Source: a virus
Taxonomy: Duplodnaviria; Caudoviricetes
Reading direction: 5' to 3' (one strand)
DNA length: 26,423 nucleotides
Virus record (IMG/VR): IMGVR_UViG_3300038679_000059
Location: 1 to 26,423 of that record
A program made the translations under genes and the position numbers. Positions 8,775-16,722 of this stretch are shown piece after piece. The notes under the pieces were generated by a model. It made no database searches, was not told the origin of the DNA, and worked only from the letters and a program-made list of their open reading frames with translations. Each line of letters begins with the position of its first letter. The first letter of the stretch is position 1.

Positions 8775-9376
8775 GGTTTAATCCAGGCCCAACTTTTGCA
8801 ATGGTCCATGTCGCCCCGGGGAGCCTCGCCGCCGAAGATAAATACCTGGCCAACCCCCATTACCTGCGCACAGGCATCCACCGCCGGCTGCACATGGCAA
8901 ATGGTATTTCTGATAGCAGGCGGTCGGGTACAGAAATAATCGTGACCGGAGATTATCCCGCCGCTTTTTACCTTCCGGTCCCAATGCCAAATGTCCTGTA
9001 TGACGTAAGGCAACATGTGATTGCCATCTATATAGATAAAGTCAAGTTGCCCCTTGGCGAAGTATCGCAATGCCGCCATGGAGCTTGCCCGCAGGATGGT
9101 GCAGTCGTAGGGGGCCAGCCTGTCTTTAGCCATCTGGTAATTTTCATCCTGGCTGGCGGTAATTTTTTGACTACGACCGGCCCCGATATATGGTGCCCAG
9201 GGGTCGATGGCATACATCTTCAGCCCGGCTTGACAGAATTTTTCAGCGTAGGATCCTCTCCAAACCCCGATTTCAGCCCCTACCCGATAGCCCAGCTTGA
9301 ATAGCAAATCTGGCAGTTCGTCTCGGCTTTTTAAGGTCTTAAACATGTCAGATGCCGTAGCTTTTTCTAAGTTCAT
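8771..9376 (-). CDS. class I SAM-dependent methyltransferase (Methyltransf_24-like); alternative start 9346
   Basis: GAEIGVWRG motif I, YAIDPW, LDFIYIDGNH, VKSGGIISGHDY. Confidence 0.9.
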   Translation of the reverse strand: MNLEKATASDMFKTLKSRDELPDLLFKLGYRVGAEIGVWRGSYAEKFCQAGLKMYAIDPWAPYIGAGRSQKITASQDENYQMAKDRLAPYDCTILRASSMAALRYFAKGQLDFIYIDGNHMLPYVIQDIWHWDRKVKSGGIISGHDYFCTRPPAIRNTICHVQPAVDACAQVMGVGQVFIFGGEAPRGDMDHCKSWAWIKP

Positions 9377-9980
9377 TCACCTCTCCCCAATACGGAATTG
9401 ATTTATGTTTGATATTGCCGGCATTGACTCCGCTATTGCTCAAATTCCCTTCCGTCTTAAAACAGACTATCGGCGGAGTGCTGAATAATTTAAACGATTT
9501 GCCGTTCCAGTCCAATTTTTGAGGCCGATATTCGGGGTCATTCAGCCAATCGACTTGCCCTTTCAGGTAATTCTCCAACTCTCGAATTACAAAACTGCGC
9601 TTGCATATCTGGGCTCCGCCAATGGGCCGGGAGCGATAAAAAGGACCCCTATTGAGAACCAACCAGGTGTTGTCACTCCGGTAAAAATCCTCACCATTGG
9701 GGGTAAACTGGAAATATTCCGGCGGATAGAGAAAGTCATCTTCGGCAAATATTAGGTAATCCGCCTCTGAGTGCTGTGCGCCGATAAGCATCTGGCGAAA
9801 AGCGTTCAGATAGGACTTGCCCACATCTCCCACGCAGATATTTACACCTAAGTTCATAGGTTGATGGCTGACGCTGATAATCGGCAGACCATTGCTATTC
9901 TCTATTAGCCGGTCTACTATCTTAGCTGTGAACTTAGGAGCCTTGAAATTTCCGGTGTAATAAAGAATAGCCCTGCTCAT
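9348..9980 (-). CDS. putative GT-A glycosyltransferase (ExD family, copy 2)
   Basis: Start moved to ATG 9980 (ATGA overlap; MSRAILYYT aligns with paralogues); DYLIFAEDDFLYPPEYFQFTP. Confidence 0.65.
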   Translation of the reverse strand: MSRAILYYTGNFKAPKFTAKIVDRLIENSNGLPIISVSHQPMNLGVNICVGDVGKSYLNAFRQMLIGAQHSEADYLIFAEDDFLYPPEYFQFTPNGEDFYRSDNTWLVLNRGPFYRSRPIGGAQICKRSFVIRELENYLKGQVDWLNDPEYRPQKLDWNGKSFKLFSTPPIVCFKTEGNLSNSGVNAGNIKHKSIPYWGEVNELRKSYGI

Positions 9981-10861
9981 GCCGCTACCTTCCATAAACT
10001 GCGTTCTTCCGGCCAGGTCGGAACTGGCCAAAACTTCTCAATTAACCAGGAGAAGGGGTGTATCATGCCGGGTTCTTCATCGTTTAACCAGTGGCGCACC
10101 GCCCAGTCAAAGTGCTTATTGGTGTACCGAGCCGCCTTGTATCGCCAGGTAAACATGCCAGCCGCCTTATGACGCCTCATCTTATACAAATGAGCATACC
10201 AAGTCTTTTTGTTGACCTTCACAGCCCCGCCCCCCAGCCAGTATTTCAAGCCGACTTCCAACATTTCAGAAGCAAAGGGGCCATAAGCCTCGGGGCGGTC
10301 GTCCATCAACCCTACCCGGTGCATAAATTCCTTACGGTGGGCCATCCACCCGCTGCCCTGGTAGGTCATAACATCGTCGATCTCGTAGTCCTGTCGGTCA
10401 GGGCGCTTGTGATTAAACGGCCCCATAAACAACCCACCTGCCGGGCTGACTATTGGGTAATTCAAATAGCAGTAATCCCGGGCGGACCTACGTTCAATCA
10501 AGGGCTCCCAGGTCTCTTCGTTCAAAGACAGCCGACGGGGAATTACCAGCCAATCAGGTTCGGTGTTCTCAACCATAACCCGGTCAAAACCCGGGGCGAA
10601 AGAACAGTGGGCGTCTATTTTAAAAACATATTCGCCTCTTGCCATCATAAGGCCGGCATTGATCGCCTTCCTCATGCCGCCCTGCGGATTGAGTTCGATT
10701 ATCTTCACTCGGCTGTCAGTCTGCTTGAGCTCGCAAGGCCACCCGTCCAGCACCACTATGATCTCTAGGTCACCCCCAAGAGATGAGTTTTCCAGCAGAG
10801 AATCAACTGTTTTCTGTACATAGGGCTCGCAATGAGCCGGAATGATCGCAGAAAGTTTCAT
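9977..10861 (-). CDS. GT-A glycosyltransferase, ppGalNAc-T-like
   Basis: LSAIIPAHCE, GMRKAINAG, IDAHCSF, EMLEVGLKYWLGGG...AHLYK. Confidence 0.85.
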   Translation of the reverse strand: MKLSAIIPAHCEPYVQKTVDSLLENSSLGGDLEIIVVLDGWPCELKQTDSRVKIIELNPQGGMRKAINAGLMMARGEYVFKIDAHCSFAPGFDRVMVENTEPDWLVIPRRLSLNEETWEPLIERRSARDYCYLNYPIVSPAGGLFMGPFNHKRPDRQDYEIDDVMTYQGSGWMAHRKEFMHRVGLMDDRPEAYGPFASEMLEVGLKYWLGGGAVKVNKKTWYAHLYKMRRHKAAGMFTWRYKAARYTNKHFDWAVRHWLNDEEPGMIHPFSWLIEKFWPVPTWPEERSLWKVAA

Positions 10862-11520
10862 CTGCCCAGCAACTCCTTGCGAATCTCCTTACCATCCCCC
10901 CAATACGGTAAGCCGGGAATAGGGATTCTCTCGCTATGGGTGTAATACCGTAGCCCCCGATGCGTTTTTACCTGAAATACCGGGTTGACCGTGGTCCAAT
11001 ATTGAATGTCTTGCCGCCTGACTACATCCTCCTTCCGGTGCCGCTCCTTGGGGAAATTCTTTTCCTCCGCAGACCATAGAGGGGCGCATTGAAATAGTTC
11101 GTTTAGCCGGTCCATGTAAAACTCACGGCCCACCACCTGGCTGTGAGTCGCCCCTTCCCGCTTATAAAAGAAGAATGCCCGGCGGTCAGGCATGACGTAC
11201 AGGTTGTTGTTCCGGTAACACACGTCCATGCGGGGCGGCACGAACTGGAAGTAATCAGGGGGATACAGGCAGTCCGCCTCCGCCGAAACCACATAGTCGG
11301 CGTCGGTCGCCTCCATGCCGATTAAGAACTGGCGAAAATAATTAAACCCTGACACCCCCACCTTATCACCTACGCAGATATTCATGCCGAAATCTATGGG
11401 CTTCTGGGTCACACTGATGATGGGCAAGCCTCCACAGACCTTGAGGATGTTGGCCTTTACCTTAGCTTCAAGCCCCGGGTCTTCCCGGTTGCTGGAGCAG
11501 TAGATAATGCAACCATTCAT
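10858..11520 (-). CDS. putative GT-A glycosyltransferase (ExD family, copy 1)
   Basis: LPIISVTQKP, FRQFLIG, DYVVSAEADCLYPPDYFQFVPP, C-terminal LPYWG. Confidence 0.65.
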   Translation of the reverse strand: MNGCIIYCSSNREDPGLEAKVKANILKVCGGLPIISVTQKPIDFGMNICVGDKVGVSGFNYFRQFLIGMEATDADYVVSAEADCLYPPDYFQFVPPRMDVCYRNNNLYVMPDRRAFFFYKREGATHSQVVGREFYMDRLNELFQCAPLWSAEEKNFPKERHRKEDVVRRQDIQYWTTVNPVFQVKTHRGLRYYTHSERIPIPGLPYWGDGKEIRKELLGR

Positions 11521-12092
11521 TTATGTCTCACCAAGATCATCTTGTCAGCCCGTATCCGGGCGACTCCTTCAAACAACAGGCAATCGTATCTTTTGCTCAA
11601 CAACTCCATCACTTTGCGGGGATGCCGGATGTCTTCGATGAAATAAAATACCCCGGGATTCACCAGTTCCATAATCTCGCAGCAAGATACAATCTGAGCC
11701 CGGCGCACATGGGAGGCATCGTCCACTACTAAGTCTATGTCGGTGCCGATATGCTCAATCAGGTTCTTTATTTGCTCCCCGTCGGTGGCGTCGCATAGAA
11801 TTGTCTCTATTCGCGTATCGCTAAACATGGCCGCGGGTTCGATATCCACTCCGTAAATCATGGCATTGGGGAAGAATTGCCGCCACATCCGCAAACTGGC
11901 CCCTGCTTGATAGCCGGAAGTCCCAACAATTCGTTCCGGGGTGCCGATCCCCAGTTCCAGGACCTTTTTAATTTCCTGGCGCCGCGGCTGCAAAAGTCGA
12001 TAATAGAGGGGGGTATAGCTATGCCTGATTTGCGGACATTTATCGGTGCGGTTTTCGTAGGCGATCCGGCAAAGGTGGGTCTCGAAATTCAT
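11517..12092 (-). CDS. class I SAM-dependent O-methyltransferase (MycE-like sugar O-MTase type)
   Basis: HSYTPLY, VLELGIG, GASLRMWRQFFPNAMIYGVDI, DLVVDDASH, YFIED. Confidence 0.85.
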   Translation of the reverse strand: MNFETHLCRIAYENRTDKCPQIRHSYTPLYYRLLQPRRQEIKKVLELGIGTPERIVGTSGYQAGASLRMWRQFFPNAMIYGVDIEPAAMFSDTRIETILCDATDGEQIKNLIEHIGTDIDLVVDDASHVRRAQIVSCCEIMELVNPGVFYFIEDIRHPRKVMELLSKRYDCLLFEGVARIRADKMILVRHK

Positions 12093-12824
12093 TTACTTAA
12101 CCCCGTGGTCCTGAAACAGTTTAATCAGCCGGCCGTCCATGAGGGGGATTAACAGTTCATTCTCACCATACATGAAGATACGGAGAGGACGCAAGCCTTT
12201 TTTCGAATGATTAGGGTGGAAATGAAGCACTTTTAAAGGTTTATCCGCCAGGCCGTAGTTATGGGCCACATGACGCATCCCGAAATTATAAGTTATATTA
12301 AGGGCCTCATAGCGACTTTCTGAAACTAATCCCGTTTTAGTCAGATGCCGCAAGGCCCGCTCATCATCGGTGTCTACCTGGTATATTATGTTTTTAATTT
12401 TCTGAAATATATCGCAAGATTGGTCATTAAAGAAAAAACTCCCCAAACACCATTTCGGGGAGTACCCATAAGTGGTAAGACCCAAGTCCTTTCTCAAATT
12501 TAAACTGGCTTCGCTAAACGGGTGCAGTTGGCAAGCATCGAAGTCATGCATCCAGTAAAGTTCCCTGGGCTGAATAAGTCCTAAATCAAACAGATGCGGA
12601 ATAATGGCGGTTTTAGTAGATTCTGGGCTAATGGTGCAAAACTGATTATCATCTATCACAATGGATTTGATGCCGTTGTATTCATAAGGAAAATTGGTAA
12701 TTACCATAATGTCTTCTGGCAACCAACCCAGATCAAGACTGTTATCAATTTGAATGCGGGCCAAAAAAGAAGTTTCTTGGTCAAAGCATTTAGAGGGATG
12801 CAGATAAGTGAAGACATTTTTCAT
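12093..12824 (-). CDS. putative GT-A glycosyltransferase (GT8-like)
   Basis: YWMHDFD (DxD), DDERAL, LNITYNF and KVLHFH resemble the GT8 motif layout; AT-richer than neighbours. Confidence 0.55.
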   Translation of the reverse strand: MKNVFTYLHPSKCFDQETSFLARIQIDNSLDLGWLPEDIMVITNFPYEYNGIKSIVIDDNQFCTISPESTKTAIIPHLFDLGLIQPRELYWMHDFDACQLHPFSEASLNLRKDLGLTTYGYSPKWCLGSFFFNDQSCDIFQKIKNIIYQVDTDDERALRHLTKTGLVSESRYEALNITYNFGMRHVAHNYGLADKPLKVLHFHPNHSKKGLRPLRIFMYGENELLIPLMDGRLIKLFQDHGVK

Positions 12825-12827
12825 TAT

Positions 12828-13622
12828 CTAAATACCCCATCGGGTTCTTACCTGTGTTTCGTAATATTCTTGCCACACTTTCAGGCAATAAGCGCCGCTG
12901 GCTTTGGTATCCGCTGGATTTTCTGGGGTGCCCCCATTGTGAGTGCGGGAGAAACTCCGGTGTTTATGGGCAAACCAGGTTCCTTTGTGCAGCATCAATT
13001 CGCCCCTAGCTTGCCAGGTCTTGAAAACCATTTCATGGGAATCTTGGGTTAAGGGGCCATACCCCTCGGTCTGTAACTCGCCGATCACGTCCTTCCACCA
13101 TTGCCGGGGCATGACCCAACAAGACCCCTGCATCGCCATGGTCTTGTCGATCAGCTTGTGGTGCCGCCGTCGCCCCCGTTCCATCCAACGCTGCCCGGCA
13201 AATTTAACACCCCCCTGAACCACCAGTTTTTCATAATCGACCGGAGGTTCAGATTCCATCACTTTCCATTGCACCGGGTCCAAGAAGTACCGCCGGGCCG
13301 TCATTATCCAGTTCGGGCGACAGGCATCGGTCATGGCCTTATCGAACCCCTGAGCGAACAGGCAATGCTCATCCGTGCGCATCAAGAACTCACCCCGAGC
13401 CACGGCGACGCCGGCGTTTATGGCGCCCCTCATGCCCCTGTTTTTACCTAGGTGGACATACCTCACTCTTGGATCGTCTATCAGTTGAAAAGACGGATAG
13501 TAGCCATCCCAGACGGCGATAACCTCCAACTGATCCCCAAGCTCAGATGTGGCCAGAAGGCTGCCAATCGTCTTGATTAACAGCGGGTCCTTGTAGCTGG
13601 GGATGACCACCGACAATTTCAT
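12828..13622 (-). CDS. GT-A glycosyltransferase, ppGalNAc-T-like
   Basis: Start moved to ATG 13622 (AAAGGA RBS; MKLSVVIPSY); GMRGAINAG, TDEHCLF, QGSCW, EMVFKTWQARG...AHKHR. Confidence 0.85.
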   Translation of the reverse strand: MKLSVVIPSYKDPLLIKTIGSLLATSELGDQLEVIAVWDGYYPSFQLIDDPRVRYVHLGKNRGMRGAINAGVAVARGEFLMRTDEHCLFAQGFDKAMTDACRPNWIMTARRYFLDPVQWKVMESEPPVDYEKLVVQGGVKFAGQRWMERGRRRHHKLIDKTMAMQGSCWVMPRQWWKDVIGELQTEGYGPLTQDSHEMVFKTWQARGELMLHKGTWFAHKHRSFSRTHNGGTPENPADTKASGAYCLKVWQEYYETQVRTRWGI

Positions 13623-13632
13623 GCCAAATCCT

Positions 13633-14004
13633 TTAAGGCAGGTCGGCCACAACAACGCCAACCGGGCTGAATAACGGTGTCACGACAATGGCCCCAGAAA
13701 CCGCACCTTGCCGGATAAATTTTAAACGCTTGACATTATCCCAATCCAATATCGTCACAGTTCCCCCTACCTCAAGGGGGTGCCCGGTGCTACCGTCAGT
13801 AGCGGGGTCGGTGCCGTCAAAGGTATAAAAAATATCACTGGTTACACAACTTATAAAAGCCCCAGTTGCTTGTTTGCCAGAAAAGGTTCCTGACGTTGGC
13901 TTTATCAGGGTAAGGGCGTTAGCAAACAATGAAATCACCACGTTTGCGATGGCGATTTTCTGATGTCCTCCGCCCAGGAAATTACTGGTCAAAAATTGGA
14001 ACAT
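13633..14004 (-). CDS. small beta-rich putative virion protein
   Basis: GGAG RBS; YTFDGTDP...GHPL motif; lies in the head-gene block. Confidence 0.6.
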   Translation of the reverse strand: MFQFLTSNFLGGGHQKIAIANVVISLFANALTLIKPTSGTFSGKQATGAFISCVTSDIFYTFDGTDPATDGSTGHPLEVGGTVTILDWDNVKRLKFIRQGAVSGAIVVTPLFSPVGVVVADLP

Positions 14005-14026
14005 GATTAATCTCCCTTAAAGGGGG

Positions 14027-14065
14027 TCCGAGGGGCAGGGACTCGGTTGCTTCCTGCCCCACGGA
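14027..14065 (-). terminator. GC-rich stem-loop between head genes and the GT block (weak terminator or RNA stability hairpin)
   Basis: TCCG-A-GGGGCAGG ... CCTGCCCC-A-CGGA inverted repeat; only CCCCCTTT follows on the minus strand. Confidence 0.45.
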
Positions 14066-14066
14066 G

Positions 14067-14327
14067 TTAATAACCAATGACGAAAAGCCAATGGTATTTG
14101 GTATTTGTCGGGGCGCTATTGTAAGTCAGGGTCGAGTCGGCATGACTGATACGCGGAATAGCGGAGGTGTCATCGATATTCTGCGTCCAGTAACCTTCAA
14201 TGCGACCCAGGGGGACCACAAGAGTGGTCCCCGCCCCGTCGCCCTTGACTCTGGCTTTCCACATCTTTGCATTTCCAAAGTTGACGTGGAGCTTTAGGTC
14301 AACATTTGCTTCGGGAAAATCCGCCAT
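14067..14327 (-). CDS. 86-aa putative virion protein, paralogue of the C-terminal domain of the Ser-Pro repeat protein
   Basis: Shares PEAN.D, R.KGDGAG, VP..R.EGYW..NI and YH.LFVIGY with 14339..15241; AGGAGG RBS. Confidence 0.8.
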   Translation of the reverse strand: MADFPEANVDLKLHVNFGNAKMWKARVKGDGAGTTLVVPLGRIEGYWTQNIDDTSAIPRISHADSTLTYNSAPTNTKYHWLFVIGY

Positions 14328-14338
14328 ACAGTTTCCTC

Positions 14339-15241
14339 CTAATACCCTATCACAAACAAGTAATGATAGAGGTTAAGGCCCGGCGGGTAGGCATAAGTGA
14401 TTGCCCCAGCACTCTCCGTCGCCTTTAGGTCAGTGGTTTCAGTGATATTCGTGATCCAGTAACCTTCTACCCGACTAAAGGGCACATTTATCTGCCGGCC
14501 AGCCCCGTCACCCTTGATTCTCACCTGATAACCCCGGATAGTTCCCATGGAATAATGTGTTTCCCGGTCAATATTGGCCTCTGGGATGTCCACCGCAGCC
14601 GACGGGCTGACTGATGGACTGAGTGACGGCGAAATTGACGGAGAAAGTGACGCCGATGGGCTAACAGAAGGTGAAATCGAGGGCGAGATTGATGGACTGA
14701 GCGATACCGAAGGACTCACCGACGGAGAAATGCTCGGAGAGAGACTCGGGCTCACGCTCGGGCTGATACTCGGACTCACACTCGGACTGATGCTGGGCGA
14801 GAGACTGGGGCTCACGCTCGGGCTGATGCTCGGACTCGCACTCGGGCTAATGCTCGGACTCAAACTCGGCGATACACTCGGAGAAATTGACACCGAGGGG
14901 CTGACCGAGGGTGATACCGATGGACTTAAAGACTCCGAGGGGCTGACCGAGGGTGATACCGATGGACTTAAAGACTCCGAGGGGCTCACTGAAGGAGAAG
15001 CACTGGGCGAGAGACTCGGCGAAATGCTGGGCGAATCGCTCGGTGAGATGCTCGGAGAAAGCGACGGACTCAAAGAAACCGACGGAGAAACCGACGGTGA
15101 AATGCTCGGAGACAAACTTGGAGAAAGCGATTCGCTCGGCGAAACGCTGGGCGAACCGCTAGGTGAAATGCTCGAAGAAAGTGACGGACTCTTCGAGGGA
15201 GAGATTGACGGTGATAAACTGGGCGATAACGAAGCAGGCAT
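14339..15241 (-). CDS. mucin-like Ser-Pro repeat protein with C-terminal globular domain
   Basis: About 210 aa of SPS[ILVA] repeats, then an ~85-aa domain; AAGGAGG RBS; no signal peptide. Confidence 0.85.
   Translation of the reverse strand: MPASLSPSLSPSISPSKSPSLSSSISPSGSPSVSPSESLSPSLSPSISPSVSPSVSLSPSLSPSISPSDSPSISPSLSPSASPSVSPSESLSPSVSPSVSPSESLSPSVSPSVSPSVSISPSVSPSLSPSISPSASPSISPSVSPSLSPSISPSVSPSISPSVSPSLSPSISPSVSPSVSLSPSISPSISPSVSPSASLSPSISPSLSPSVSPSAAVDIPEANIDRETHYSMGTIRGYQVRIKGDGAGRQINVPFSRVEGYWITNITETTDLKATESAGAITYAYPPGLNLYHYLFVIGY
14893..14976. repeat. perfect 42-bp tandem duplication inside the Ser-Pro repeat
   Basis: ccgaggggctgaccgagggtgataccgatggacttaaagact at 14893-14934 and 14935-14976. 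Confidence 0.9.
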
Positions 15242-15253
15242 GGTCAGCCTCCT

Positions 15254-15757
15254 TTACGCCAGAGGCAGTATCCTGGGAATAAAGACCAAGGCCCCTACAA
15301 AGGTATCGCTACCAGCCGAACAGGTATAGCAGATGGTCTTGCAAGTGCCATCCCCTCGATAGCTTTTGGTGGCATAAATGCCTGCCGTATCGGCCGCATT
15401 GCCGCCCACCTTCCCATTCCAGAACAGTGCTCCGATGTAAGTGGTAAGGTAGTTCTGGGCCGCACCATCAATGGTGGTTGCCATGTCGGCTACCCGGTAG
15501 GTCCCCGCAGTATCCAGGGGATAGGCGGAGATAAATCCATCGGCGTCAAAACCCGCTTCAGTGGCCATACCGATACCGACGTCGATAGTTTCCGTGGCAT
15601 CAATGGTGGTGATGATGAGCCACATGTCTTCGGGCCGGATAACCATGCCCACGGGAAGTTCAAATTGTGCGCTGGTTTCCGAGTTGCTGTTGAAAATCAG
15701 CGGAAGGCGCACAATTTCACCGTCCATAACAGTGGTACGCTTCATTACGGTGCTCAT
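15254..15757 (-). CDS. putative capsid decoration/cement protein
   Basis: Directly after the major capsid gene with AAGGAGG RBS; beta-rich (LPVGMVI...TIDVG...DADGF). Confidence 0.55.
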   Translation of the reverse strand: MSTVMKRTTVMDGEIVRLPLIFNSNSETSAQFELPVGMVIRPEDMWLIITTIDATETIDVGIGMATEAGFDADGFISAYPLDTAGTYRVADMATTIDGAAQNYLTTYIGALFWNGKVGGNAADTAGIYATKSYRGDGTCKTICYTCSAGSDTFVGALVFIPRILPLA

Positions 15758-15771
15758 GTGTTAAACCTCCT

Positions 15772-16707
15772 TTAAGCGGTCAGCCCGGATTTGTAGCCAT
15801 GGGCGTCGCGGCGCTTGCAGATCATCTGCAAGACGACTTCGATGTACATGGCATATTTTTCCTGGCCAATCGGCTTTTCCCACGGGGTCTTCTTGAAGTT
15901 GTAGTCCTTGTGGACCCGGAACCCCATGTAGTTTTTGTTCAGGCCGAACAGATACCCAGCGGGGCACATGAAGTCCCGCACGATGGGATTGCCCAGGTAG
16001 TCAATGTTCTTGAAGCCCATGTCGGCCAGGTCGCCGTGTTCCAAGCGCAGGTGCGGCAAGGTCTGGGACCGCAGGGAACTGAACAGGGACCGGGTGGTTA
16101 CGAGCAGATTCGGCTCGTCACCCGAATCATCGCCAACCATGCAGTTCATCAGCAAGATATCCACGACGCCGAAGGTGATGGGTGCCGCGGTCGCGTTGGC
16201 ATACCCGGCAACCCACTCAGCCAGGTCGGCCACGGCGATATTGCCGTAGGTCAGACTGGCGGAGATCATGCCCAGCAGACCAACGAGCTTCCGGCCACTG
16301 GTGCCGTACCCGGTGGAGTTATACAGGTCGTAAGCCAGATTGTAGCGGATATGCTTCGCCGCCTTGTTGAGTTTCTGGTTCACGATATCCACTTCCTGGG
16401 CCATCCCGGCGTTCTGCACCGAGTCGTCGATGTCATAGACCACCGGCTCGTAGTAGTAGCCCGGGGTCCAGGTGGCCGCGGTCATGGTGCTGACCTTGTT
16501 GGTGTTGAACACACTGGTCGCGTTAAAGTCGCCGCCCATGGGCTGCCCGTAATCGAGGACCTGGCGAATCTTCGTGCCGCCGTCCCATTTCTTGGCATCC
16601 TTGAGCATGGTGCCAATCAGGACGTTCCCTTTATAGAAAATGTCCTGGGCTCCGCTCTCCCACCATTCCTGAGTTGTTGCGTTGAGTTCGTCAAGAGCCA
16701 AAGCCAT
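15772..16707 (-). CDS. major capsid protein
   Basis: 311 aa after the scaffold; AGGAGGT RBS; strongly C/G-ending codons; GGTKI, PNLLVTT, GFKNIDYLGNPIVRD..CP and RRDAHG fit an HK97-fold podovirus-type capsid. Confidence 0.85.
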   Translation of the reverse strand: MALALDELNATTQEWWESGAQDIFYKGNVLIGTMLKDAKKWDGGTKIRQVLDYGQPMGGDFNATSVFNTNKVSTMTAATWTPGYYYEPVVYDIDDSVQNAGMAQEVDIVNQKLNKAAKHIRYNLAYDLYNSTGYGTSGRKLVGLLGMISASLTYGNIAVADLAEWVAGYANATAAPITFGVVDILLMNCMVGDDSGDEPNLLVTTRSLFSSLRSQTLPHLRLEHGDLADMGFKNIDYLGNPIVRDFMCPAGYLFGLNKNYMGFRVHKDYNFKKTPWEKPIGQEKYAMYIEVVLQMICKRRDAHGYKSGLTA

Positions 16708-16722
16708 GACGTTTACCTCCTG

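Noticed and set aside
7027-13622. GT block as DNA hypermodification or O-antigen conversion (gtrABC-type) locus
   Set aside because: No base hydroxymethylase or Tet/JBP-like gene, flippase or membrane GT is seen, and the block is embedded among virion genes. Disfavoured but not excluded, since the rest of the genome is unseen.
14595-15235. Possible CRISPR array or DNA-level satellite
   Set aside because: No constant repeat with unique spacers; periodicity is 12 nt with synonymous variation, so it is protein-driven.
14574-15329. 251-aa plus-strand ORF with G-L/E-x-x repeats
   Set aside because: Antisense shadow of the Ser-Pro repeat; the minus-strand ORF has the RBS, operon context and a paralogous domain.
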